This document shows positions 1 to 7,665 of a stretch of 44,554 nucleotides of DNA, piece after piece. Under the pieces are notes generated by a model. That model saw nothing but the letters and a program-made list of their open reading frames with translations. It had not been told where the DNA came from and ran no database searches. The stretch comes from Spirochaetaceae bacterium (GTDB taxonomy: Bacteria; Actinomycetota; Actinomycetes; JACCUZ01), in contig JAJAYQ010000051.1 in NCBI GenBank assembly GCA_026786145.1, positions 1-44,554 on the forward strand, read 5' to 3'. A program made the translations under genes and the position numbers. The first letter of the stretch is position 1. Each line of letters opens with the position of its first letter.

Positions 1-7
1 CGGGCGT

Positions 8-98
8 GCGGGGTGCGGGGGGGGGGGGCGGGGGGCGTGCCACCTGTTTTCGGCGCGCCGGTCGGGGGCCGGGGCTCCGGGGTGGGGGTGGGGGGGGC
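8..98. repeat. G-tract-rich region (G12 at 17-28, G6 at 30-35, G5 at 64-68, G4 at 71-74 and 79-82, G5 at 84-88, G8 at 90-97) downstream of rplI
   Basis: Direct reading of homopolymer G runs on the + strand. The rplI transcript strand is correspondingly C-rich and G-poor. Confidence 0.6.
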
Positions 99-119
99 CG
101 AGGTACGGCAGCAGACTGC

Positions 120-569
120 TCAGGCCTCGGGGACGACCTCTACCGACACGGTCGCGGCAACCTCAGGATGCAGCCGGACGCTGACCTGGTGGGCACCGAC
201 GGACTTGATGGGCTGGCCCATCTCGAGACGGCGCTTGTCGACCTGCGGGCCGCCGGCCTTGCTGACGGCCGCGACGATGTCGGCCACGGTGACGGCGCCG
301 AAGAGCCGCCCACCGGACCCGGCCCGCACGGGAAGCGTGACGGTGAGGCCCTCGAGCTGGCCCTTGATCTCCTTGGCATGGCTGAGGTCGCGGACCTCGC
401 GGACCTCGCGGCCCCGCTTGATCGAGGAGATCTGCTTCTCGCCGCCGCGCGTCCAGCGCATCGCGACGCCGCGCGGGACGAGGAAGTTACGGCCGTAGCC
501 GTCCTTGACCTCGACGACGTCGCCGGGTGCGCCGAGGCCGACGACCTCCTGGGTGAGGATGAGCTTCAT
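120..569 (-). CDS. rplI: 50S ribosomal protein L9
   Basis: 149-aa [37 protein letters not shown], a canonical L9 N-terminus. It is the last gene of the rpsF-ssb-rpsR-rplI cluster. Confidence 0.95.
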   Translation of the reverse strand: MKLILTQEVVGLGAPGDVVEVKDGYGRNFLVPRGVAMRWTRGGEKQISSIKRGREVREVRDLSHAKEIKGQLEGLTVTLPVRAGSGGRLFGAVTVADIVAAVSKAGGPQVDKRRLEMGQPIKSVGAHQVSVRLHPEVAATVSVEVVPEA

Positions 570-583
570 GGTGTCGTCCCCCC

Positions 584-820
584 TCAGCGCGCGGTGCTGG
601 TATAGGGCAGCAGCGCCATCTCACGGCTGTTCTTCACGGCCATGGCGACGTCGCGCTGGTGCTGGGTGCAGTTGCCGCTGACGCGACGGGCCCGGATCTT
701 GCCGCGGTCGGAGATGAACTTCCGCAGGAGTCCGGTGTCCTTGTAGTCGACGTGGGTGATCTTGTCCTTGCAGAAGACACAGACCTTCTTCTTGATCTTG
801 CGGGGGGGAGGCTTGGCCAT
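584..820 (-). CDS. rpsR: 30S ribosomal protein S18
   Basis: 78-aa ORF with S18 signature [11 protein letters not shown]...[29 protein letters not shown]. Confidence 0.95.
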   Translation of the reverse strand: MAKPPPRKIKKKVCVFCKDKITHVDYKDTGLLRKFISDRGKIRARRVSGNCTQHQRDVAMAVKNSREMALLPYTSTAR

Positions 821-911
821 CGTGGTGCTCCAGATCCTGGATGCCCGGCTCGGTGGCCGGGATGGTCAACGGATGTGTCGGGCTCTTGGTCTTGTCAGGG
901 AATCGAGTAGG

Positions 912-1451
912 TCAGAACGGCGGCTCGTCGGAGGAGGCGCCGGGGTTGTTCCAGCCACCGCCGCCACCACCGCCGCCACCGCTGGCCGCCGGTGCAGAAG
1001 CCGGTGCAGAAGCCGGCGAGGCCGGCGAGGCCGAGGCCCACGGGTCGTTGTCGGCAGCAGGCGCGCCACCGAAGCCACCGCCACCGCGCTGGGTCTTGGC
1101 AACCTTGGCCGTCGCGAACTTCAGGCTCGGCCCGACCTCGTCGACGTCGATCTCGTAGGACGTCCGCTTCTCGCCCTCCTTGGTCTCCCACTCGCGTTGC
1201 TTGAGGCGGCCTTGCACGATCACGCGCATTCCGCGCTGCAGGGACTCCGCGACGTTCTCAGCGGCTTGGCGCCAGACGCTGCAGCGCAGGAAGAGACTCT
1301 CGCCGTCCTCCCACTTCGAGGTGTCCTTGTTGAACCGCGACGGCGTGGAAGCAATACGGAACGCGGCCACGGCGGCCCCGCTCGGCGTGAAGCGCAGCTC
1401 GGGGTCCTCGACCAGGTTGCCGACGATGGTGATGACGGTTTCGCCTGCCAT
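912..1451 (-). CDS. ssb: single-stranded DNA-binding protein
   Basis: Internal ATG at 1451 of the 912..1817 ORF gives [33 protein letters not shown] (OB fold). It has a Gly-rich tail and an acidic C-terminal DEPPF tip. The upstream 122 codons are an Arg/Pro-rich artefact overlapping rpsF. Confidence 0.93.
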   Translation of the reverse strand: MAGETVITIVGNLVEDPELRFTPSGAAVAAFRIASTPSRFNKDTSKWEDGESLFLRCSVWRQAAENVAESLQRGMRVIVQGRLKQREWETKEGEKRTSYEIDVDEVGPSLKFATAKVAKTQRGGGGFGGAPAADNDPWASASPASPASAPASAPAASGGGGGGGGGWNNPGASSDEPPF

Positions 1452-1513
1452 GGAATCAGTCCTTATCGCTGGTCGGGCTCTCGATCGGGTGGTCGGACTG
1501 GTCGAACGGTGCG

Positions 1514-1804
1514 TCAGCGCAGTTCCGGGCGCATGACCTTGGTGCGCAGGACGGCCTCGTTCAGGTTGAGCTGGCGGTCGAGCTCCTTGACCGTCGCGGG
1601 CTCGGCCTGCAGGTCCACGACGGCGTAGATGCCCTCGCTCTTCTTGTCGATCTCGAAGGCCATCCGGCGGCGTCCCCAGATGTCGATCTTCTCGACGCTG
1701 CCGCCGTCGGTCTTCACCACGGTCAGGAACTGGTCGAGGGACGGAGCGACGGTGCGCTCCTCGATGTCGGGGTCGAGGATGACCATCAGTTCGTAGTGAC
1801 GCAT
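1514..1804 (-). CDS. rpsF: 30S ribosomal protein S6
   Basis: [16 protein letters not shown]... is the canonical S6 start (ATG 1804). The track ORF begins 3 codons earlier at GTG 1813, which sits too close to the GAGGAGG SD. Confidence 0.93.
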   Translation of the reverse strand: MRHYELMVILDPDIEERTVAPSLDQFLTVVKTDGGSVEKIDIWGRRRMAFEIDKKSEGIYAVVDLQAEPATVKELDRQLNLNEAVLRTKVMRPELR

Positions 1805-1862
1805 GCGGAGCACCCACCTCCTCTGGACTCGGCGGCCACGGTCGTTCCGTGACAGGAGGGCT
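1805..1862 (-). promoter_or_regulatory. candidate rpsF 5' leader structure (anti-SD stem, possible S6:S18 autoregulatory leader)
   Basis: The mRNA-sense sequence is CCCUCCUGUCACGGAACGACCGUGGCCGCCGAGUCCAGAGGAGGUGGG. CCUCCUG can pair with CAG(AG)GAGG, which contains the SD, and there is an inner CACGG/CCGUG hairpin. Confidence 0.3.
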
Positions 1863-1989
1863 ACTGCATCGACTACGTCGTAGGCAGTCCGGTCAGGGTA
1901 CCTGCGCCCGGCGTACGCGGGAAATCGTCGTCCACAGGGGAGTCGGGCGAGTCCCGTCCCTGTCGGGGTGCAGTCGTATCTTCACTGAC

Positions 1990-2811
1990 ATGACCACTGC
2001 ACCTCGGATGCGCATCGGGGCCCATGTCGACCAGGTCGACCCGCTGGCCGAGGCACTGGCCCGCGGGGCGGACCTGGCGCAGTTCTTCCTCGGCGACCCA
2101 CAGGGGTGGAAGGCGCCCGTGGTGGCGTACGCCGGGGGTGCGGCGGCGCTGCGGGCCGACGCCGAGGCGGCCGGCGTCGACCTCTACGTGCACTCGCCCT
2201 ACGTCATCAACGTCGCCACCTCCAACAACCGCATTCGCATCCCGAGCCGCAAGCTGCTTGCCCAGCACGCGACGCTCGCCGCCGAGATCGGGGCCAAGGG
2301 CCTGGTGGTGCACGGTGGGCACGTCCTCAAGGACGACGACCCCGAGGGCGGGTTCGACAACTGGGCCAAGACTCTCGAGCGGTTCGAGCCGCCGCTGCCG
2401 ATCCTGATCGAGAACACCGCCGGCGGCGGCAACGCGATGGCCCGACACCTCGACCGCATCGCGCGGCTGTGGGAGGTGCTCGACGGCCGGTGCTCCGTCT
2501 CGACGATGGGCTCGGTGGGCTTCTGTCTCGACACCTGCCACGCCCACGCGGGGGGCGAGGACCTCGCGGGGATCGTCGACCGGGTCAAGGCCGTCACCGG
2601 CCGGGTCGACCTGGTGCACGCCAACGACTCGCGCGACACCTTCGACTCCGGCGCGGACCGGCACGCCAACCTCGGGAGCGGGTCGATCGACGGCGACGAC
2701 ATCGTCGCGGTCGTGGCCGCCGCGGGGGCGCCTGTCGTGTGCGAGACACCGGGAGGTGCAGCCGGCCAGGGTGCCGACATCACGTTCCTGCGCGACCGGC
2801 TGCCCACCTGA
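1990..2811 (+). CDS. nfo: deoxyribonuclease IV (AP endonuclease family 2, TIM barrel)
   Basis: MTTAPRMRIGAHV...HSPYVINVAT...VVHGG...ENTAGGG...CLDTCHAHA...VHANDS matches the EndoIV metal-ligand pattern. ATG 1990 was chosen inside the 1849..2811 ORF. Confidence 0.85.
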   Translation: MTTAPRMRIGAHVDQVDPLAEALARGADLAQFFLGDPQGWKAPVVAYAGGAAALRADAEAAGVDLYVHSPYVINVATSNNRIRIPSRKLLAQHATLAAEIGAKGLVVHGGHVLKDDDPEGGFDNWAKTLERFEPPLPILIENTAGGGNAMARHLDRIARLWEVLDGRCSVSTMGSVGFCLDTCHAHAGGEDLAGIVDRVKAVTGRVDLVHANDSRDTFDSGADRHANLGSGSIDGDDIVAVVAAAGAPVVCETPGGAAGQGADITFLRDRLPT

Positions 2812-2814
2812 CCC

Positions 2815-3387
2815 TCAGGGAGAGGGGTAGGGCGGTGGCAGCGGACCGGCGCTGCCGGCCGCCGCGCAGGGCACCAGCTCGTCCCGCAGCCGACGCAACG
2901 AGGCGACGAAGGGAGCGAGGCCGGCGCCCTCGGCGTCCACCGGGCCGCGCAGCGGGCCCACCAACCAGGTCTCGATGAGGTCCAGGTGGCCCGGCAGGGC
3001 CGCGGCGAGGCGGTCCCGGCCGGCGTCGCTGATCACGGCGTACGTCGTGCGGCGGTCGGTCGAGCAGGCCTGGCGGGCGACCAGCCCCCGGTCCACGAGT
3101 CGGTCCACCACCCGGGTCACCCCGCTGGTGGTGAGCGAGGTCTGGCCGGAGAGGTCGGTCATCCGCAGCAGCCCCATCGGCGAGCGGGCGAGGCGGATCA
3201 TCACCTCGAACTCCACCGGCGAGAGCCCGTGCTCGGCCAGCTGCGTCGCGCTCCGGGCGGAGAGGCCCGACCAGGTCTCGGCCAGCAGCCCCATCACCGT
3301 CAGCCGGTCGTCGGAGACCGCCTCGGCTGCCTCGGGGACGCCCGTGCCGAGGAGTCCGGGGGCGGGGGAGGTGGGGGGCGTGTTCAC
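2815..3387 (-). CDS. MarR-family transcriptional regulator
   Basis: The C-terminal third of the 2815..4449 ORF carries a winged HTH: LSPVEFEVMIRLARSP.GLLRMTDLSGQTSLTTSGVTRVVDRLVDRGLVARQ.CSTDRRTTYAVI. GTG 3387 is in frame just before the AT-rich intergenic region. The start is uncertain (alternative ATG at MGLLAETW). Confidence 0.8.
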   Translation of the reverse strand: MNTPPTSPAPGLLGTGVPEAAEAVSDDRLTVMGLLAETWSGLSARSATQLAEHGLSPVEFEVMIRLARSPMGLLRMTDLSGQTSLTTSGVTRVVDRLVDRGLVARQACSTDRRTTYAVISDAGRDRLAAALPGHLDLIETWLVGPLRGPVDAEGAGLAPFVASLRRLRDELVPCAAAGSAGPLPPPYPSP

Positions 3388-3516
3388 GGGAAAAGAATAG
3401 CAGTATTTGACAACGGGAATGTTGAAGATGCAATGTTTGCTTTGGCAGACAAGTAGCCATCCGACCGCACCGGCCAGGCCCGACCGGTGCCCCCGCCTTC
3501 CGGAGAGGACGCCATC
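3388..3516. promoter_or_regulatory. AT-rich divergent promoter/operator region between marR-like gene and yceI-like gene
   Basis: aaaagaatagcagtatttgacaacgggaatgttgaagatgcaatgtttgctttggcagacaag is strikingly AT-rich for this DNA. It has a perfect TTGACA hexamer at 3407-3412 and AATGTT direct repeats. Confidence 0.45.
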
Positions 3517-4140
3517 ATGACCACCACCCCAGAGACCGCCGCCGAGGTCGCCGTCGAGCAGGCCGAGCAGGCCGCCGCCACCTCGCGTGTCGTGGACGGT
3601 GTGACCTTCCCGGCGCCCGGCACCTACGTGCTGGACCCCACCCACACCCGCATCGGCTTCGTCGCCCGCCACCTGATGGTCACCAAGGTGCGCGGCAACT
3701 TCGGCGAGTTCAGCGGCTCGATCACGGTCGCCGAGGACCCCAAGGACTCGACCGCCGAGGCCACGCTGAAGACCGTGACCATCGAGACCGGCACCCCCGA
3801 CCGTGACACGCACCTGCGCTCCGGTGACTTCCTCGAGGCCGAGAAGTACCCCGAGATCACCTTCCGCAACGCCCGCATCCAGTCGCAGAAGGACGCCCAG
3901 TTCACGGTCGTCGGTGACCTCACCGTCAAGGACACCACCCGCCCGGTCACCCTCGACGTCGAGATCGACGGCGTCGCCACGGACCCGTGGGGCAACGAGA
4001 AGCTCGCCATCACGGCCAGCACCGAGATCGACCGCGAGGAGTTCGGGATGACGTGGAACGTCGCGCTCGAGACCGGCGGCGTCCTCGTCTCCAAGAAGGT
4101 CAAGATCGAGATCGAGGCCCAGGCGGCCCGCCAGGCCTGA
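3517..4140 (+). CDS. YceI-family (polyisoprenoid-binding-like) protein
   Basis: YVLDPTHTRIGFVARHLMVTKVRGNF..F.G.I...RD.HLRS.DFL....YPEITF is the YceI domain signature. ATG 3517 is preceded by GGAGAGGA. Confidence 0.85.
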   Translation: MTTTPETAAEVAVEQAEQAAATSRVVDGVTFPAPGTYVLDPTHTRIGFVARHLMVTKVRGNFGEFSGSITVAEDPKDSTAEATLKTVTIETGTPDRDTHLRSGDFLEAEKYPEITFRNARIQSQKDAQFTVVGDLTVKDTTRPVTLDVEIDGVATDPWGNEKLAITASTEIDREEFGMTWNVALETGGVLVSKKVKIEIEAQAARQA

Positions 4141-4154
4141 TCCACGATCCGCAG

Positions 4155-4215
4155 CACCCGAAGTGGACCGGCTGGCCACGGCATGTGCCGCCGGGTAACC
4201 GGTCCACTTCGGGTG
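4155..4215 (+). terminator. 17-bp perfect-stem hairpin downstream of yceI-like gene
   Basis: cacccgaagtggaccgg (4155-4171) pairs with ccggtccacttcgggtg (4199-4215) across a 27-nt loop. There is no U-tract. It is related to the hairpin at 13296-13346. Confidence 0.4.
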
Positions 4216-4246
4216 TGGTGACCCCACGTCGGTAGCCTTCTCGCCT

Positions 4247-5374
4247 ATGGCCATGACGGTGCGCGAGATCGACCGCGACGAGCACCTCTCCTTCGTGACC
4301 GAGCGCGCCGCGACAGCATCCGTGAGCTTCCTGCAGTGCCCGTCGTGGGCCCAGGTGAAGAGCGAGTGGGGCGCCCAGAGCCTGGGCTGGCACGACGGGG
4401 GCGGCTCCCTCGTGGGCGTCGGCCTGGTGCTGCTGCGCCAGGTGCCCAAGGTGAAGCGCTTCCTCGCCTACCTCCCCGAGGGCCCCGTGATCGACTGGTC
4501 GGCCGCGGACCTGGAGGAGTGGTTGCGCCCGATGGTCGGCCACCTGCGGGAGGCCGGTGCCTTCGGCGTCCGCATGGGTCCGCCGGTCGTGAGCCGGCGA
4601 TGGACGGCTGCCACCATCAAGGCGGCGATCGCGGGCGGCGCGGGCGGGCGGCTCGGCGACGTGCCGCCGGACGAGACGGACCCGGTGGCCGACTCGGTGT
4701 CGGCGACGCTGACCCGGCTGGGCTGGCGGGCACCGGCGGGGGACGAGGGCTTCTCGACCGGGCAGCCACGGTACGTCTTCCAGGTGCCCGTCCACGGGCG
4801 TACCGGCGACGAGGTGCTCGCGGGGTTCAACCAGCTCTGGCGCCGCAACGTCAAGAAGGCGGCGAAAGCCGGCGTCGAGGTGACCCAGGGGACCGAGGCG
4901 GACCTGCCTGCATTCCACCAGCTCTACCTGGAGACCGCGGCCCGGGACCACTTCACCGGCCGGCCACTGGCGTACTTCCAGCGGATGTGGTCCGCGATGC
5001 GCGCCGAGGACCCCGACCGGATCCGGCTCTACCTGGCGCACCACGAGGGCGACCTGGTCGCCGCGACCACGATGGTCCGGGTCGGCCGGCACGCCTGGTA
5101 CTCCTACGGGGCGTCCTCGACGGCCAAGCGCGACGTACGCGGATCCAACGCGGTCCAGTGGCAGATGCTGCGCGAGGCGGCCGAGTCGGGCGCCGCGGTC
5201 TACGACCTGCGCGGCATCACCGACACCCTCGCCGAGGACGACCCGCACTTCGGGTTGATCCAGTTCAAGCTGGGCACCGGCGGTGAGGCGGTGGAGTACC
5301 TGGGGGAGTGGGACCTGCCGCTGAACCGCCTGCTGTTCAAGGCTTTCGAGGTCTACATGGACCGGCGCGGATAA
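4247..5374 (+). CDS. FemAB/FemX-family peptidoglycan interpeptide-bridge aminoacyltransferase
   Basis: The 375-aa ORF has the family hallmarks SFLQ...WAQVK..WG, NQLWRRNVKKA.K.GVEV, YLETA.RD.F, WYSYGASS...R...SNAVQW.M. and YDLRGI. Confidence 0.85.
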   Translation: MAMTVREIDRDEHLSFVTERAATASVSFLQCPSWAQVKSEWGAQSLGWHDGGGSLVGVGLVLLRQVPKVKRFLAYLPEGPVIDWSAADLEEWLRPMVGHLREAGAFGVRMGPPVVSRRWTAATIKAAIAGGAGGRLGDVPPDETDPVADSVSATLTRLGWRAPAGDEGFSTGQPRYVFQVPVHGRTGDEVLAGFNQLWRRNVKKAAKAGVEVTQGTEADLPAFHQLYLETAARDHFTGRPLAYFQRMWSAMRAEDPDRIRLYLAHHEGDLVAATTMVRVGRHAWYSYGASSTAKRDVRGSNAVQWQMLREAAESGAAVYDLRGITDTLAEDDPHFGLIQFKLGTGGEAVEYLGEWDLPLNRLLFKAFEVYMDRRG

Positions 5375-5381
5375 TGACCCC

Positions 5382-6437
5382 ATGACGTTCACGCTGTACG
5401 TCGACGAAGACCGCTGGCGCGCTCACCTGCGTTCGGTGGTCGAGACGATGCCGGGCATCGTGCCCGTCATCAAGGGCAACGGGTACGGCCTCGGGCTGGC
5501 CCGGCTCGCGCAGGAGGCCGCCGCCCTCGGTGTCGAGGCCGTGACCGTCGGCACCACCGAAGAGCTGCCGGTCGTGCGCGACGCGTTCGGTGGTGACGTC
5601 CTCGTGCTGACCCCGGCCTACCCGCGGCCCGACGAGGACCCGACCGGTCGCGTGGTGCAGACCGTCGCCCACCTCGAGACCCTGCGGGCCGCCACCGGTT
5701 CGCGGGTGGTGCTCGAGTCGATGACAACGATGCGACGTCACGGCCTGACCGTGGACTCGGTTCCGCAGCTGGCCGGGCTGCTCCCCGGCGTACGGCTGGA
5801 GGGCCTCGCGTTCCACCTCCCGATCGACCGGCACGGCGGCTACGACCCCGCCGCCGAGGTCACCGAATGGCTGCGGCGGCTGGGTGCGGCCGGGGTGCCG
5901 ACGGAGACGGCCTGGGTGAGCCACCTGCAGGCCGCGGAGCTGACGGGGCTGCGGGCGCAGTTCCCTGGGACGACGTTCCGGCCGCGCGTCGGCACATCGC
6001 TCTGGCTCGGTGACCGGGGGGCGCTGACCGCGCGGGGCACCGTGCTCGACGTGCACCCGCTGGCGCGGGGTGAGCACTACGGCTACCGCCGCCACCGGAC
6101 GTTGCGCAAGAGCCATCTCGTCGTCGTCTCCGGTGGCACCGCGCACGGCGTCGCCCTCGAGGCGCCGCGGTCGGTGCGCGGACCGGTCGGGCGGGCGAAG
6201 GCCGTGGCGGTCGGGACGCTGGCCGCGGCCAACCGGTCGCTGAGCCCGTTCACCTGGGCCGGCCGCCAGCGCTGGTTCGCCGAGCCGCCGCACATGCACG
6301 TGTCGCTGCTGCTCCTGCCGGCATCTGTCACCCCGCCGAGGATCGGCGACGAGCTGGACTGCGAGGTCCGCCTCACCACCATCCACCCCGACACCCTCAC
6401 CCCCACCCGCAATCGACCACGTACAGCAGGTGGGTGA
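5382..6437 (+). CDS. alanine-racemase-fold (PLP-dependent) protein
   Basis: PVIKGNGYGLG resembles the Alr PLP-lysine motif (V.KANAYGHG). Also present are GLAFHLP, GEHYGYRR and VVSGGTAHGV, resembling Alr C-terminal motifs. The gene lies 8 bp after the FemX-like gene. The last ~9 codons lie inside the left inverted repeat. Confidence 0.7.
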   Translation: MTFTLYVDEDRWRAHLRSVVETMPGIVPVIKGNGYGLGLARLAQEAAALGVEAVTVGTTEELPVVRDAFGGDVLVLTPAYPRPDEDPTGRVVQTVAHLETLRAATGSRVVLESMTTMRRHGLTVDSVPQLAGLLPGVRLEGLAFHLPIDRHGGYDPAAEVTEWLRRLGAAGVPTETAWVSHLQAAELTGLRAQFPGTTFRPRVGTSLWLGDRGALTARGTVLDVHPLARGEHYGYRRHRTLRKSHLVVVSGGTAHGVALEAPRSVRGPVGRAKAVAVGTLAAANRSLSPFTWAGRQRWFAEPPHMHVSLLLLPASVTPPRIGDELDCEVRLTTIHPDTLTPTRNRPRTAGG

Positions 6438-6453
6438 TCGCCGCGGCAGGTGT
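6409..6453. repeat. left arm of 45-bp imperfect inverted repeat (40/45 with 7621-7665)
   Basis: gcaatcgaccacgtacagcaggtgggtgatcgccgcggcaggtgt. It contains the stop codon (6435-6437) of the Alr-like gene. Confidence 0.9.
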
Positions 6454-6542
6454 GTGCGCCTGCTGACGCGAGCACACGCCTCGTGTGGTCGGCCTGTGGA
6501 TGGCGCCAGGCCCTGCGGTCGTCGTGCTGGCAGGCTCGTCCC

Positions 6543-7523
6543 GTGCCCTACGCACCGTTCCTCGCCCCGGAGCTGCTGGCCCTCGCAGCCACCCAGCGTG
6601 GCGTCTTCACCGCCGCACAGGCCCGCGCGGTCGGCCACACACAGAACGACCTGCAGCGGCTGCGGCGGCACAAGTACATCGTGTCGGTGCGACGTGGCGT
6701 CTATGCCCTACGCAAGACGTACGTGGTGGTGGACGCGGCCAAACGGCACGGCATGCAGGTGGCCGCCCTTGGCCTGGTGCTGACGCCGCCCGCCACCCTG
6801 AGCCACGAGTCCGCCGCCGGAGAGCTCGGGCTCGAGCTGCTGGAACCCGACCTGTCGCTGCTACACGTCACGCGCGCGGATGACGCCGGTACTCGGGTGG
6901 AGGCCGGTGTCAAACACCATTGCGCCGAGGTCCCCGAGAGTCATCTCGTACGCCGGGAGGGCGAACTCGACCTGACCACCCTGGCCCGTGCCGCTATCGA
7001 CATCGCTCGCGAGGCGGTCCGGCTCGAGTGTGCTGTCGCCGCGATCGACTCCGCTCTTCGCCTCGGTGTCACGAGAGACGAGCTAGCCGCGGTCATGCTG
7101 CGCTGCCGCAGTTGGCGTGGGGCGCGGATCGCGAGCCGAGCGCTCTCGCTCGCGGACGGTCGCGCGGCGAACCCGGGTGAGTCGTGGTCACGCGTCGTGC
7201 TGATCCAGCAGGGGCTCCCGCCGACCGGCCTGCAGGTGCCGGTGTACGACGACGACGGGTTGATCGGCTACGCGGACTTCGGCTGGGACGGCGTACTCGG
7301 CGAGCTGGACGGCAAGGGCAAGTACGGCATCGGCGTCGACACCGACCCCGAGGAGGCCGCGCGGATCGTGTGGCGCGAGAAGCGGAGGGAGGACCGTCTG
7401 CGCGCCCTGGGGAACGAGGTCGTCCGCTGGACCTACGCCGAGCATCACCGGCCGCAGGTCATCGCGGCGCGAGTGATCGCCGCCCAGGCCCGGGCCGCCG
7501 AGCGGCGACAGTGGTCCGGCTGA
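6543..7523 (+). CDS. AbiEi_4-like wHTH N-domain fused to DUF559/PD-(D/E)xK-like C-domain protein (orphan, no AbiEii partner)
   Basis: The N-terminus PFLAPELLALAATQRGVFTAAQARAVGHTQNDLQRLRRHKYIVSVRRGVYA is typical of AbiEi-type antitoxin domains. The C-terminus has YADFGWDGVLGELDGKGKY, a D...E.D.K nuclease-like motif. The start is uncertain (GTG 6543 chosen; the track ORF starts at 6450 inside the repeat). Confidence 0.7.
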   Translation: MPYAPFLAPELLALAATQRGVFTAAQARAVGHTQNDLQRLRRHKYIVSVRRGVYALRKTYVVVDAAKRHGMQVAALGLVLTPPATLSHESAAGELGLELLEPDLSLLHVTRADDAGTRVEAGVKHHCAEVPESHLVRREGELDLTTLARAAIDIAREAVRLECAVAAIDSALRLGVTRDELAAVMLRCRSWRGARIASRALSLADGRAANPGESWSRVVLIQQGLPPTGLQVPVYDDDGLIGYADFGWDGVLGELDGKGKYGIGVDTDPEEAARIVWREKRREDRLRALGNEVVRWTYAEHHRPQVIAARVIAAQARAAERRQWSG

Positions 7524-7620
7524 GACTCGCAGCAGGCGATCGCGAGAGACTCGACCGCGCATGAACTTGCCGTCGACCAACCGCGCGTCGCGGGGCCTGT
7601 GATCGCCTCACCAGGTGTGT

Positions 7621-7665
7621 ACGCCTGCCGCAGCGATCACCCGCCTCCCGTACGTGGTCGATTGC
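7621..7665. repeat. right arm of 45-bp imperfect inverted repeat
   Basis: The reverse complement reads gcaatcgaccacgtacgggaggcgggtgatcgctgcggcaggcgt. It contains the stop codon (7637-7639) of the GT87 gene. Confidence 0.9.

Noticed and set aside
3416-3440. GGAAT pentamer in the marR/yceI intergenic region as a second SigR-type promoter.
   Set aside because: The nearest downstream GTT is 14 nt away rather than 18, so it does not fit GGAAT-N18-GTT.
3388-4449. Upstream two thirds of the 544-aa ORF 2815..4449 fused to the MarR domain.
   Set aside because: It runs antisense through the well-supported YceI gene and the AT-rich promoter. MarR proteins are about 150-190 aa.
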